64,000 bases of DNA from a virus. Taxonomy: Duplodnaviria; Caudoviricetes. The notes under the pieces were generated by a model, which saw only the letters and a program-made list of their open reading frames with translations, was not told the DNA's origin and did not search any database. Within the stretch, counting starts at the first letter, position 1; the number at the start of each line of letters is the position of its first letter. The translations under genes were made by a program, and so were the position numbers. Below, in pieces: positions 1-9,813 of this stretch. The stretch covers positions 32,001 to 96,000 of IMG/VR virus record IMGVR_UViG_3300015607_000582; one strand, 5' to 3'.

Positions 1-281
1 TTGTTGTTGTTGTCATAGGTTGCTGCGGTCGGGGTGTTCGTCTGGAAGTGCATCAGACCAAGGAGCGTGCATGGACGCGCAATCCAGATCGCGCAGCCGA
101 CAAGCTGCCCATCCGTCCAAGACCTGCTGCCGGACGCCGCAGGCAGTCGCCCCGTGTAGCCCACGAGTGACTGACTGTCGAGGTCGATGCCGTATCGCGT
201 GTACTCGGCTGGGAGCCCACGAGAAGCGATGTACGTCGACCCCGTCGTGAGGATCTTGCCGCTGTTGGTGATGATGGTCAT
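1..281 (-). CDS. Putative tail-associated protein, third tandem paralog (runs off window edge)
   Basis: Hand-translated from ATG at 281: MTIITNSGK...AIWIARPCTLLGLMHFQTNTPTAATYDNNN. Aligns by eye with AIYIPYAMTLTGVVWWQAVQGNYTANNN of 971-1603. Confidence 0.65.
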   Translation of the reverse strand, partial: MTIITNSGKILTTGSTYIASRGLPAEYTRYGIDLDSQSLVGYTGRLPAASGSRSWTDGQLVGCAIWIARPCTLLGLMHFQTNTPTAATYDNNN

Positions 282-971
282 CTAGTACAGTCCCCACCAG
301 TGGTCGTATGGCATGCCCGAGAAGTTCGCGCCGATGCGTACCGGCACGTAGTCTGGGATGTCGGATCGAGCGCCCGTAGAGACTGTCTGGAAGTGCCCCG
401 TCCACGGGAAGGTGGTTCCGAATGCGCGCGGGAGCACCACGCCCATGGTGTACATCCACGCCTGTCCGTTGAAGTAGCCGATGGTGGGCGCAGTGACCTG
501 CGCGGACTGCTGGTAGGTGTATCCGATGACGTAGTGGCCCGCCTCCGCGTTGTAGGTCGCGCTGAGCGCCTCGGTCGCGAATGAGTTCGCGGTCGCCTTC
601 CAGAGACTCGCGTTGTTGGATGATGCCGCGACCAGCTCCGCGTAGCTGACACCGTCTGCGCCCGTCACCTTGTAGAGCCCGATGCGGTTCGTGGCATCGG
701 CGGTGAAGTTGCCCTGCGTACCTTGGTAGTACACGAAGCCGGTGACTGTAATCCGCTCGGGGATGAAAATCGGCGAGAAGTAGACGTACGTGTCGGTCAG
801 CGCAATGACCGAGGTGAGGTCTCGTGGGTCATTGTTGGCGCAGAGCCACGAGGCACCAGCGCCGCGATAGATGCCGATGAAGTCGGCGTGATTGCCAGAT
901 CGAAAGTTCAGGGCACCGGGCGCATCGGAGTGATGGCCAGTCCTTGCATGGATGCCGCCAGTGTTGCGCAT
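282..971 (-). CDS. Putative tail-associated/receptor-binding module protein (paralog)
   Basis: Shares GLY..G..LVA.S....LWKAT.NSFA..A.SATYNA.AG with 971-1603. ATG at 971 overlaps the upstream TGA. Confidence 0.7.
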   Translation of the reverse strand: MRNTGGIHARTGHHSDAPGALNFRSGNHADFIGIYRGAGASWLCANNDPRDLTSVIALTDTYVYFSPIFIPERITVTGFVYYQGTQGNFTADATNRIGLYKVTGADGVSYAELVAASSNNASLWKATANSFATEALSATYNAEAGHYVIGYTYQQSAQVTAPTIGYFNGQAWMYTMGVVLPRAFGTTFPWTGHFQTVSTGARSDIPDYVPVRIGANFSGMPYDHWWGLY

Positions 972-1603
972 CAGTAGACCCCGAACCATGGGCAGGTCGT
1001 GGTGGCGGTCACTGCAGTCCAGAGCGGCGACGCGGGCAGGTCGGTCTGCGTTCCAATGGTGCCCTGAAGCGTGACCGATCCGTTGAGCGGCTTGCCCACG
1101 GCGAGGTTGGTGAGGGCAGTGTGCGCGCCAAGTGAGGGGGCGGTGGTCTGAGCCGAGCGATTCCAGAGCGCGCCGACCCAGAGCGTCGCACCAGCGGCGG
1201 CGTTGTATGTTGCGGAGAATGCCTTCTGAGCAAACGAGTTCGTCGTCGCCTTCCAGAGCGCCGTGTCATCGGCGCACGACGCAACGAGCGAGAGATTCGT
1301 GCCGTCGCTCGTGTAGAGCCCGACCTTCGAGTTGTTGTTGGCGGTGTAGTTCCCCTGAACCGCCTGCCACCACACGACGCCCGTCAGGGTCATCGCGTAC
1401 GGGATGTAGATGGCGGACAGCAAGAGCGTGGAGTTCGCCATTGCCGTGGAGGTCGTCAGGGCAGTGAGGCCGCGCGTGCTCGCGAGCATCGTTGAACCCA
1501 TCGCGCCTGCGATGACCTGATCGAGTTCGAGGCCGATGGGCGAAGCCTCATCAGCCCAGTCAAGCGTCTGACGGACGCCACCCCTGCTGTCGATGATGCC
1601 CAC
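971..1603 (-). CDS. Putative tail-associated/receptor-binding module protein (paralog)
   Basis: 210 aa, Thr/Ala/Gly-rich beta-type composition, clear paralog of 282-971. Confidence 0.7.
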   Translation of the reverse strand: MGIIDSRGGVRQTLDWADEASPIGLELDQVIAGAMGSTMLASTRGLTALTTSTAMANSTLLLSAIYIPYAMTLTGVVWWQAVQGNYTANNNSKVGLYTSDGTNLSLVASCADDTALWKATTNSFAQKAFSATYNAAAGATLWVGALWNRSAQTTAPSLGAHTALTNLAVGKPLNGSVTLQGTIGTQTDLPASPLWTAVTATTTCPWFGVY

Positions 1604-1605
1604 GG

Positions 1606-1770
1606 CTACACCGCAGTCTCATAGACCCCGTCCAGCGCGCTGGGGGTGTCGGGCTGAACCTGTTCGTTCCACACGCGCAGCAGCTCTTCGCCCATCGCCT
1701 GCGCGGCGACCTCGTCAGTCGCGACGAAGGGAATGCGCAGAACTGCCTCGAACTGGCGATCATCTGGCAT
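1606..1770 (-). CDS. Small hypothetical protein (54 aa, MPDDRQFEAVLRIPF...)
   Basis: Hand-translated; fills the gap between two genes, GC3-rich codons. Confidence 0.6.
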   Translation of the reverse strand: MPDDRQFEAVLRIPFVATDEVAAQAMGEELLRVWNEQVQPDTPSALDGVYETAV

Positions 1771-1782
1771 TCGTCACTCCGA

Positions 1783-2250
1783 TCAGGTCGCGCGGAAGAA
1801 GCCGCTTGCGTTGAGCTGCATGATGATGTCGGAGCCGTCCGGCGTGACGGGGAAGTCGAGCTGCACGAGTGGAACGATGTTCGCGTCCGTGCCGCCGGTC
1901 GTGTCGGGGTCGTAGCAGACGATGAGGTCAGTCCAGACGTCGCCTGCGCTGACGGCCGTCCACGTCTGGTCGGCGAAGTCGACCTCGACCTTGTCGGATC
2001 CGTCCGTGACGGTGATCGTCAGCGAGCCGTTCGCGAGCGTCTTGCGCGAGTACCCGACGTTTGTGGCCTCGTTGGCCGCCGTCGCAAGGACGTCCGACAG
2101 CGTGTCGAGATCCTTGAGCGTTGCGTCCGAGACGCCACCGGCCACGAGCGCGACGATGACGAACGCGCTGTTGGTTGGATCGTTGGCCTCGACGCGGGCG
2201 GCGTACTCGACGACGCGACCGAGGGCTACGTTGTAGACGAAGTCTGCCAC
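1783..2250 (-). CDS. Putative minor tail/virion structural protein
   Basis: 155 aa; motifs DFADQTWT and FPVTPDGSDI resemble phage minor tail proteins. Preceded by the class III promoter motif. Confidence 0.7.
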   Translation of the reverse strand: MADFVYNVALGRVVEYAARVEANDPTNSAFVIVALVAGGVSDATLKDLDTLSDVLATAANEATNVGYSRKTLANGSLTITVTDGSDKVEVDFADQTWTAVSAGDVWTDLIVCYDPDTTGGTDANIVPLVQLDFPVTPDGSDIIMQLNASGFFRAT

Positions 2251-2280
2251 GGAAATCCTCTGCTTGATGGGTGAACGGCT

Positions 2281-2292
2281 TCACCACTTAGG
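2281..2292 (-). promoter_or_regulatory. Class III (late-like) promoter motif CCTAA-N4-TGA
   Basis: Minus strand CCTAAGTGGTGA. Identical copy at 7743-7754; same pattern at 9196, 46459, 59310 and 61056. Confidence 0.65.
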
Positions 2293-2303
2293 CTGGAGGA
2301 GGG

Positions 2304-2822
2304 CTACTTGAGGCCGAGGAACTTCGCAACGGTCAGGAGCTTGCTGAGCCGCTCGCCGGTCGAGCCGGACGTTGCGTGGCCGCTCAGCGGCTCATCCCAG
2401 ACGGCGTCGGCGATCTGCCCGACCGAGGGGCCAGCGTAGCCGCCACCGCCGCCGCTGTCGAACAGCAGCAGGTTGGACGAGTTGTTCGTGTTGATGGCCG
2501 TCTCGTACGCGCCCGTGGTCGGCAGCCGCCAGATCGTGTTCGGATCCTCCGGGTAGAGGTTGCCGATCAGGTTGATGACGATGTCCTCTTCGGGCGGCTT
2601 GATGCGCCATCCGTAGTCGTTGCGGATGAAGATGTTCACGCCTGCGTACACGCCGCCGCCGAGGGGGTCGCCGCCCGTCTCGCGGAAGGCGGGCAGGTAC
2701 TTGCTGTTGTCGGACAGCAGCACCCAGTCCTTCCATCGCGAGTAGATTTCGGACACCTCCACCGTCGTGTCGCCGGAGGAGAGGGTGATCGTCGTGTTGG
2801 GGCCGTCGAAGGTGATGGCCAT
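2304..2822 (-). CDS. Putative virion structural protein
   Basis: 172 aa in the structural cluster. N-terminal EIYSRWKDW resembles the LYSFLKEEW motif of 5850-7715; C-terminal IADAVWDE motif. Confidence 0.7.
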   Translation of the reverse strand: MAITFDGPNTTITLSSGDTTVEVSEIYSRWKDWVLLSDNSKYLPAFRETGGDPLGGGVYAGVNIFIRNDYGWRIKPPEEDIVINLIGNLYPEDPNTIWRLPTTGAYETAINTNNSSNLLLFDSGGGGGYAGPSVGQIADAVWDEPLSGHATSGSTGERLSKLLTVAKFLGLK

Positions 2823-2833
2823 GCGTCACCCTC

Positions 2834-5653
2834 CTACGGGTTGAGGTATTGGCGGTCGGTGACCTGCTGGATGGGGAGCGTCAGGCCCGCCGATCCGAGC
2901 ACCTGCCCCTCATACCTTACCGGCAGGTAGTCGAGGTGATGCAGCACGATGTAGACGTTCGTGTCGGAGCCCGTCCACTCGTAGTCGTACGAGAACGACG
3001 TGCCGCTGTTCTCGATGCCAGCGATCTCGACGTCGTCGGCCGTTCGGTACACGCGCACCTCGGTGTCCGCCTGCAGCCCCGTGAGCGTCAGCGCGGCATC
3101 GACCGGATCGAGCGGGTAGCTGACGGCGTTCTGCGCCGCGCTAGTGGTCACGGTGTCGATGCGGATGTACTGGATCGCGTTGGTTGCGGAAGCCTTGTTG
3201 CAGACGGCGCGCACCTTGATCTTGAACCCATCGACCGGATCGGGGTTCGCCTCGAACGGCAGGTGGTTGAAGACCAGCACGCCCGACACGGCTCCGGAGT
3301 TGGCCACGTTGACGGTGACTGCGGTGCCACTGTCGATGCTCGTGACGCGGGCGTTGGTGCCGATGCCGGTGCCGAACACGTAGTCGCCTACCTCGACACC
3401 CGTCGTGGAGGTCATGGTCACGGTCGTTGCTCCGCCCGAGCCGCCCGCGCCTGATCGCTTGTAGGCGAGGTTGTGCCACGACGACTGGAAGCCGTTGCCG
3501 TCGTTGTAGTCGAGCTTGTAGAACAGGTCGTGGTTGTTCGGGTTGGTGCCGGTGAACGTGGGCTGCGTCTGCGTGGCCTGCGAGAACGACGTGTGACCCT
3601 GAATGTAGTAGGGCCACGTCCACTCGATGGCGTCGTTGACCGTGCCCATGTAGAGCGCGCCGGTCGAGGTGAACTTGGGGGTGCCCGCCGCGATCGTGTA
3701 CGCGGAGGCCGACGGCTCAAGAGCGGTCTTCTCGTTCGCCTGAATCACGAGGCGACCGGCGGTGGTGGAGGTGAACGTGTCGAGGAAGTGCGTGCCGTAG
3801 ACGGCCGTCTGGGCAGTCGTGGAGTTCGTCCAGCGACAGCCCTTGCAGATCATGTTCCATGCGGTCAGGGCCTGCGTGTCAGCGCCATCAGTCCAGCACG
3901 ACTCGACGGTCATGCGGTTGTCGGAGTTGACCATCGTGCCGAACGCCGACGTGCGGACGTTGTTGGCATAGACGCGCTGCACCTTGATGTCGGAGTTGAG
4001 GCCGTTTGCCTGCACCAGCACACCACAGGCGTTCGCTGACCCGCAGTCGTACGGGGAGGCTGCCGTGCCGATGTTGCGCACCTTGATGCGCTTGCAGTTG
4101 TTCGACACGTTGACGATGGCGGTGTACGGATGCACGTTCGCCAGACCATCGAAGTTGGCGAAGCCATCCATCGTGATGTCGGTGCAGCCCGTGGTGATGT
4201 CGAAGAAGCTGACGGGGTTGGTAGCTGTGGTGGTCGTCCCCGTCCTGTCCCAGTACGTGGTATTGGTGAACGTCAGGTTCTGGCAGGTCGTGATGAGGGC
4301 GCGGCCATCGCCGACGGCGCAGTTCGTGAATGTGCTGTTCGCCACGCGCGTCAGGCCGAGGCCGACCGGCGTGTTGCCGCTCTTGGGTGATGCGCCTCGG
4401 AACATGCAGTCGACGAAGTCGAATCCGTCCATGTCGGTCATGGACGCGATGATGACGGATGCGGCGACGGTGGGGCGCACGAACTTGCAGCCCGTGATCG
4501 TGCCGCCCGCGAAGCAGGTGGCAATCGTCAATGGCGACCCGACCGCAGCGATGTTCGTAGCTGGCAGGCCGACGTGACAGTTGGTGAGGATGACCTCGGT
4601 CGCGATCTCCGAGAAGCGCAGGTCTTCGAGGAACGCTGAGTTGGTGATGCTCAGGCTGTACGCCTGATTGCAGTTGACGTTGAAGCCCGCGCCACTGACG
4701 CCGTTGATGCTGATCGCGCCCGCATTCGTGGTCGTCAGATCCCAGCGGGTGGCGAGCGTCGCATTGACGATGTTGTTCGTCCATGTCGGCGTGACGGCCG
4801 ACGAGATGATGATGTTGGGGATCCTGATCTTGCAGCCCGAGGAGGGCAAGTAGGCGGCGTCGGTGGGCGTCGTGGTCGATCCGATGCGCAGCAGGCCGGT
4901 GGCACTGATGAAGACCACCTTCGCACGGTCGTCAGTCGTGGTCGCCGGGAAGTTCGTGGTCGTCATCTGCGCGCCGACGTTGGGCCAGAACTCGTACGTG
5001 CCGCTGCCGCTGGATGTCTCGATCCAGACGCCGGGATACTGGTCGCTCACGGGGAGCTGGATCGTCTGGTTGCGCGCACCTGACGTGGTGCTGTCCAGCT
5101 CGAACCAGTCGCCGTTGATGTTGAAGGTGCCGAGGCGGCCGACCGTGATCGTTGAGCCTTCCTCGCCAACGATGTGCAGCCACCCGCGCTTGCCTCCGGT
5201 GGCCGAGTTGACGACGGCCTTGACGACGCCGCCCACCGACAGGTTCTCGTTGTCCTGAAACGTCCCAGTCTTGGAGCGCAGCTTGATGAAGCCGGTGGCG
5301 GGCATCGCGCCGCCTGCGACGCTCGGCGCGACGGCGTAGTCGGTGAAGGTGCCGATGACCTCGCCCGTCGCGCCAGAAGTGTCCCCGGTCAGCGTGGAGC
5401 CGATGGCAGGCACGGTCGAGGTGCCGCCGTCGAAGGGCAGCCACCAGACGGTCGTGCCGTCGATGTTGATCGTGCCGCCGGTCGCCGTCGAGATCGTGAG
5501 GTTGCCGATGACAGCGTTCTGACCGCCCCAGCGCGAATCGCTGTTGATGGTCAGTGTCGCGCCAGAGTCCACGGTGACGTCTTCGCCATCCAACAGGCCG
5601 TTGATGGCGGCGTCATCCATGTTGCGGTTGACGGATACGGTCTGGTTAGCCAT
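2834..5653 (-). CDS. Large virion protein with probable right-handed beta-helix (tail spike/fibre-like)
   Basis: 939 aa, Thr/Gly/Asn-rich with periodic NC/DC/GC beta-helix-like rungs. Confidence 0.7.
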   Translation of the reverse strand: MANQTVSVNRNMDDAAINGLLDGEDVTVDSGATLTINSDSRWGGQNAVIGNLTISTATGGTINIDGTTVWWLPFDGGTSTVPAIGSTLTGDTSGATGEVIGTFTDYAVAPSVAGGAMPATGFIKLRSKTGTFQDNENLSVGGVVKAVVNSATGGKRGWLHIVGEEGSTITVGRLGTFNINGDWFELDSTTSGARNQTIQLPVSDQYPGVWIETSSGSGTYEFWPNVGAQMTTTNFPATTTDDRAKVVFISATGLLRIGSTTTPTDAAYLPSSGCKIRIPNIIISSAVTPTWTNNIVNATLATRWDLTTTNAGAISINGVSGAGFNVNCNQAYSLSITNSAFLEDLRFSEIATEVILTNCHVGLPATNIAAVGSPLTIATCFAGGTITGCKFVRPTVAASVIIASMTDMDGFDFVDCMFRGASPKSGNTPVGLGLTRVANSTFTNCAVGDGRALITTCQNLTFTNTTYWDRTGTTTTATNPVSFFDITTGCTDITMDGFANFDGLANVHPYTAIVNVSNNCKRIKVRNIGTAASPYDCGSANACGVLVQANGLNSDIKVQRVYANNVRTSAFGTMVNSDNRMTVESCWTDGADTQALTAWNMICKGCRWTNSTTAQTAVYGTHFLDTFTSTTAGRLVIQANEKTALEPSASAYTIAAGTPKFTSTGALYMGTVNDAIEWTWPYYIQGHTSFSQATQTQPTFTGTNPNNHDLFYKLDYNDGNGFQSSWHNLAYKRSGAGGSGGATTVTMTSTTGVEVGDYVFGTGIGTNARVTSIDSGTAVTVNVANSGAVSGVLVFNHLPFEANPDPVDGFKIKVRAVCNKASATNAIQYIRIDTVTTSAAQNAVSYPLDPVDAALTLTGLQADTEVRVYRTADDVEIAGIENSGTSFSYDYEWTGSDTNVYIVLHHLDYLPVRYEGQVLGSAGLTLPIQQVTDRQYLNP

Positions 5654-5834
5654 GGGCCTCTACCTCTGGATCACGACTGGGGTCTCGATGCGACCAGCAA
5701 GCGGGTTCACCCTGCTCGTCTGTGTACCGCGCCTCGACGCCGCTGAAGCCGTCGTCGACGGCCCAGTGGCACGAGGGGTGGGAGCAGATCGCAACGCCCG
5801 TGAAGATGTCGGTGTGGACGGACAGGGTGCTCAC
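5646..5834 (-). CDS. Small Cys/His-containing hypothetical protein
   Basis: 62 aa filling the gap between two structural genes; overlaps the next start. Confidence 0.45.
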   Translation of the reverse strand: MSTLSVHTDIFTGVAICSHPSCHWAVDDGFSGVEARYTDEQGEPACWSHRDPSRDPEVEAHG

Positions 5835-5849
5835 CCTTCGGTGGTGCTA

Positions 5850-7715
5850 TCAGGGGTTCGTGTAGTTGCGCTCCAGCGGCGCGACGAGCGAGATGCTGTT
5901 GGAGGTTGATCGCTCGATGGTGCCGGTCGCGCTCACGAACTGACCAGTCGAGAGGCCGATGCCGACGACGGTGATCGGGGCGTTGGTGCCACCCGAGCCG
6001 CCGCCGCGCTGCACGTTGCCGTCGTAGTCGTACGACAGCGTGATGCTCGACTGCCCGGACACGGTGCCAGCCATGTCGACACCATCGGCGTCGTCCACGA
6101 TGATCGCACCCGAGGTGCCGTAGTCGTTGCCCGCGTTCGCGCCCGCGTCGTCGTTCGTGAAGAACACGCGGTAGATGGCGTCTGCGTCGCTCACGAGGTT
6201 CGCGCCGAAGTTGATCGTGAGGGTTGCGACGTAGGGGAACGTGCGCAGCGTGTTCGAGTTGTCGTAGAACTCCAGTCGGTTCGTGTCGCCGGTCTGGAAT
6301 CCTTCGATGATGACGCCCGAGCCGCCGCCGTTCGGGTTGGTCGGCTGCGAACCGGAGGCCGCGCGACCCGAGACGAGCGTGTCGCCGACGAAGTACATGA
6401 GCTGGTCGGCCGTCTTGCCGGTCACCGACTGGTCGGTGCTGTCGATGTCCGAGTTCTGGCGCAGCAGGTACTGGACGGCCGTGTAAATCTGCTCGGCTGT
6501 CGCAGGCACCGGGTTCGGCGGGTAGAGTGTGAACGAGGTGTTGGACGTGGTGGCGATGGTGCCCGTCACGGTGACCGTCGTGGCGGTCGCCGCCGTGATC
6601 GGGTAGGAGCCAGCGGCCGCCCCCTCGTGGATGACGAGCGTGCCGCCCACGAAGGGGTCGTTGGAGGTCTGGATGCCGCCCTCGGAGGTCGTCAGCACAG
6701 ATCCGCCGCCCGGAGCCGAGCCATCGACCCCCGAGTGCGTGCCGACGTCGACGACGATGCCGAAGTTGCGGTCGGTCGTGGTGTCGACATCGCGGCTGAA
6801 CGCCTGATCGAAGTAGCGGATCTTGACCAGCGAGTAGATCGTCTTGACGTCACCGCCGGAGGTGTACGCTCCGGGGTTGCTCGTGATCGGGATCGTGAAC
6901 GTGTCGGTGTCAGTGACCGTCACCGTGCCGCGCACGTTGTAGGTCGCGGGTGTCGCGCCCGTGATCTCGACGTAGTCGCCGGTCGTCAGGCCGTGCGCTG
7001 CGGACGTGTTGATCGTGGCGGTGCCAGTTGCCCACGAGGCGGAGCCGATGGCCTTGGAGGCGGAGACGTAGGCGTCCGCATCGCTCACCTTGAGGTCGGT
7101 GCCCGTCGAGATCGGGAAGCGGTACGCCTGATAGGTCATCGCCGACACGCCGATGTCGCTCAGGCTGGACTTGCCGTAGAGCTGCCCTGCCTCGCGGGCG
7201 AACAGCGAGAAGTAGGAGCGGCGGTCGTAGTCCGAGCCCTCCGCAAAGTTGCCGTCGCCGTCGTCGTCGCGCAGGATCTGCACGGCCTGATTGATCTGAC
7301 CCGTGAGCTGGACGTTGGTGGCAGCGCCGCCGTTCGCCTGCTGGTAGTAGAGCTGGTCGTTGCTCTCGATGGCCCCGAGGCCGATGATCGAGGCCCACAT
7401 CTGCGTGGCGTTGCCCGAGAGGTTGCGCACCGCCCATCCGCCTGTGCGGATCAGGTACCGACTGGCGTTGTCGGCGAAGTCCCAGCCCGAGACGAACTCG
7501 AACTGCTCGTCGGTGATCGGCACCATCGGGAAGGGGAACTTGATGAGGGCGGCGTCGTTCTTCCACTCCTCCTTGAGGAACGAGTAGAGACACTTGAGCG
7601 TCACGCCGTCGCTCGACAGGTCGCCAGCGATGTTGAGCGTGATCGTCTTCGCGCCCGTGTCGATGTCGACCTCGGTGCCCTGCGCGAGGAGGTCGGGATC
7701 AGTAATCAGTGCCAT
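5850..7715 (-). CDS. Virion structural protein with AHGL..GD.V beta-domain
   Basis: 621 aa, Thr/Gly-rich; TSAAHGLTTGDYVEITGA motif is common in phage tail proteins. Class III motif upstream. Confidence 0.7.
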   Translation of the reverse strand: MALITDPDLLAQGTEVDIDTGAKTITLNIAGDLSSDGVTLKCLYSFLKEEWKNDAALIKFPFPMVPITDEQFEFVSGWDFADNASRYLIRTGGWAVRNLSGNATQMWASIIGLGAIESNDQLYYQQANGGAATNVQLTGQINQAVQILRDDDGDGNFAEGSDYDRRSYFSLFAREAGQLYGKSSLSDIGVSAMTYQAYRFPISTGTDLKVSDADAYVSASKAIGSASWATGTATINTSAAHGLTTGDYVEITGATPATYNVRGTVTVTDTDTFTIPITSNPGAYTSGGDVKTIYSLVKIRYFDQAFSRDVDTTTDRNFGIVVDVGTHSGVDGSAPGGGSVLTTSEGGIQTSNDPFVGGTLVIHEGAAAGSYPITAATATTVTVTGTIATTSNTSFTLYPPNPVPATAEQIYTAVQYLLRQNSDIDSTDQSVTGKTADQLMYFVGDTLVSGRAASGSQPTNPNGGGSGVIIEGFQTGDTNRLEFYDNSNTLRTFPYVATLTINFGANLVSDADAIYRVFFTNDDAGANAGNDYGTSGAIIVDDADGVDMAGTVSGQSSITLSYDYDGNVQRGGGSGGTNAPITVVGIGLSTGQFVSATGTIERSTSNSISLVAPLERNYTNP

Positions 7716-7742
7716 GCGCGTGCAGTCCTAGTCGCGGTGGGT

Positions 7743-7754
7743 TCACCACTTAGG
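7743..7754 (-). promoter_or_regulatory. Class III (late-like) promoter motif
   Basis: CCTAAGTGGTGA, intergenic, upstream of 5850-7715. Confidence 0.65.
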
Positions 7755-7766
7755 GCCTAGCTGCGC

Positions 7767-8147
7767 TCAGTACGAGTAGGACGCCCGGTCGTCCCAGACC
7801 TTCGTGTAGGTGTCGACGCCATCTGCATGCGTCACCGACGTGATGGTGCCCGACTCGAAGAGTCGCGTGATGCGCCAGACCGGGGCAGATGTGGCCGAAT
7901 CGGCTGCGGCCTCGCCGATGTACGACAGGGTGGGGCTCACCTCGTCGATCTTGACGTCGTACTTGGCCGTGGCAACAGCGACGTCGACCGGCAGGGCGGT
8001 GACGGCCAAGAGGGCCGCGTCGCGCTTTTCGAGTGGAATCCACTCCAACTCGTGGTCTACGAGCACCACGGACTCCCCATCGGGGATGAGCAGCCGGTTG
8101 GGCAGGATGTAGTCCTTGCCGGTGTTGTTGGTGACCAAGACCGGCAT
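7767..8147 (-). CDS. Putative virion protein (126 aa, ends WDDRASYSY)
   Basis: True start MPVLVTNN at 8147 overlaps the upstream stop. YIGEA...WRI...WDDR..Y motif. Confidence 0.7.
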   Translation of the reverse strand: MPVLVTNNTGKDYILPNRLLIPDGESVVLVDHELEWIPLEKRDAALLAVTALPVDVAVATAKYDVKIDEVSPTLSYIGEAAADSATSAPVWRITRLFESGTITSVTHADGVDTYTKVWDDRASYSY

Positions 8148-9196
8148 CAGTCGCCCTTCACGTCCCAGCCGTCGATGGAAATCTCGACCTTGACGGTGGG
8201 GCCGTCCTGCTTTGTCGGCTCGCCCTTGTCCGACTTGCCGCCCAGCTCCTTGGTGATCGCGGCCTTGGCCTTTGCGACCAGATCCGGCTCCGCGAGACCG
8301 TCGACCTCGACCTCGCCATTGGTGACCGTGCCGCCGACGATCTCGGTGTCGTCGATGTCGTCGGTCAGCTCCTTCCCGTTCTCGGCGAGCAGGTCCTTGA
8401 GGATCTGGCGATGGCGGTTCTGGTGCGACCATTCGACCAGCTTGACCTCGCCCATGTAGTAGACGAACGACCAGTCAGGATCAGTCTCCGCAGCCACCTT
8501 GGCCCAGTGCTCGGGCAGGGTGTCAGGTGCCTCGTCCTGCCCCTTGGGCATGAGCTTGACGTAGTCGCCCTGAGTGTCGGGAATCGTGTGTCCAGAGTCG
8601 AGCTTGATGCGCAGTCGGTACTGATAGGGCTGCGGGATGACGTTGGGGATGACCTTCGGCTCCTTGAGCACCTGCTCGACGGTGCCCATCTGCTCCCGAC
8701 CCGCCGGGCCGTCGTAGATCACGCGGTCGCCTTCGCGAAAGAGCGCCCCGTCGCGGGGAGCGTATCGGCGCACGAAGTAGACGGAGTCGCCAACCCGCGC
8801 CTCGCCGCCGTAGGTGCTTGTGCCGAGGTGAATCCCCCGTGCGCTGGAGAGGTTGTGCTCCCACTCGTCGAACTCGTGGCCGGAGGTCTGATCCTCCAAG
8901 CGGTACACGATACCCAGCGGCGTCTCGACGGGGCCCGCGACGACCTTGGCAGGGCCGGTGCGCCCAGCGACGAGGTCACCGATGCGGTACTTGCCGACGA
9001 CATCGCTCTGGGCGGGAGGCTCCACGGTCTCGACGGACGTAGCCGTAGCCCAGATGTGTCCGCCACCGGGCAGGTGAAGGGCCTGACGGCCAGCCACACG
9101 CTTGCCGAGCGTGCCGAGGCGGCCGTGGTGCGGCGAGCCCGGATCGTTGACGTAGGCGGATGTGCGCTGCATGGATGAGCGGTGGAAGGTAGCCAT
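8147..9196 (-). CDS. Multidomain protein with SH3/KOW-like segments; possible internal head protein
   Basis: Repeated (Y/F)R.GD.V segments; RTSA, KRVAG and KVAA linkers. Class III motif overlaps its ATG. Confidence 0.65.
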   Translation of the reverse strand: MATFHRSSMQRTSAYVNDPGSPHHGRLGTLGKRVAGRQALHLPGGGHIWATATSVETVEPPAQSDVVGKYRIGDLVAGRTGPAKVVAGPVETPLGIVYRLEDQTSGHEFDEWEHNLSSARGIHLGTSTYGGEARVGDSVYFVRRYAPRDGALFREGDRVIYDGPAGREQMGTVEQVLKEPKVIPNVIPQPYQYRLRIKLDSGHTIPDTQGDYVKLMPKGQDEAPDTLPEHWAKVAAETDPDWSFVYYMGEVKLVEWSHQNRHRQILKDLLAENGKELTDDIDDTEIVGGTVTNGEVEVDGLAEPDLVAKAKAAITKELGGKSDKGEPTKQDGPTVKVEISIDGWDVKGD

Positions 9197-9202
9197 CACA
9201 CG

Positions 9203-9460
9203 TTAGGCCATAGGTGGCGAGTGCGTGGGCTGCAGGGTCGCGAGCCCCTCGGCCTCCAGCCGCTCCTGCTCGGCGGCGCGCAGGAGCCCCTCCAGCTCCT
9301 CCACACGCTCCGCAAGCGCATCGGAGTGATCGAAGAGCTGGCGCATGGCCTCGCGCCACTCGTACGAGGTGTAGCGACCCGAGGCACCGCGACAGGCGCG
9401 CTCGAAGCCCCGCCGCAACAGGTCGAGGGTGTAGGGGCCCATGATGCGGATGTCGCTCAT
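9203..9460 (-). CDS. Hypothetical coiled-coil protein
   Basis: 85-aa ORF in the gene chain. Confidence 0.6.
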   Translation of the reverse strand: MSDIRIMGPYTLDLLRRGFERACRGASGRYTSYEWREAMRQLFDHSDALAERVEELEGLLRAAEQERLEAEGLATLQPTHSPPMA

Positions 9461-9813
9461 CGGTCATCACCCGAGCCCTGCAGCACGCCGCGCTCCTTGC
9501 GGTCGGCGAGCTTGTCGAGGTTGCGATCCAGCACGGTCGCCATCTCCACGGCGAGCTGCTCGGCGATCTGCGACACGTACCACTCGACGTCGCCCAGCTC
9601 CTTGACGATGGCGTCGATGTCGAGCACGTCGATCTGAGCGGAGCTGACGTGGGCGCGCAGCCCCTTGTCGCGCATGAGCTTGGCGATCTTCTCGGCCACC
9701 TCGCCTGCCTCGCCCGAGAGCTTCATGGCGAGGTAGAACAGCCCCTCCATGGTGCCCTGTCCGGGGTAGATGGCGGTCTCGGCCGCCTGCTGCTGGTAGT
9801 CGTTGATGTTCAC
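9457..9813 (-). CDS. mazG: MazG-like nucleotide pyrophosphohydrolase
   Basis: From GTG 9813: NINDYQ...LSGEAGEVAEKIAK...KELGDVEWY...NLDKLADRKERGVLQGSGDDR, a typical phage MazG. Confidence 0.9.
   Translation of the reverse strand: MNINDYQQQAAETAIYPGQGTMEGLFYLAMKLSGEAGEVAEKIAKLMRDKGLRAHVSSAQIDVLDIDAIVKELGDVEWYVSQIAEQLAVEMATVLDRNLDKLADRKERGVLQGSGDDR

Noticed and set aside
1-7715. Diversity-generating retroelement acting on tail genes
   Set aside because: No reverse transcriptase and no template/variable repeat pair differing at adenines was seen.
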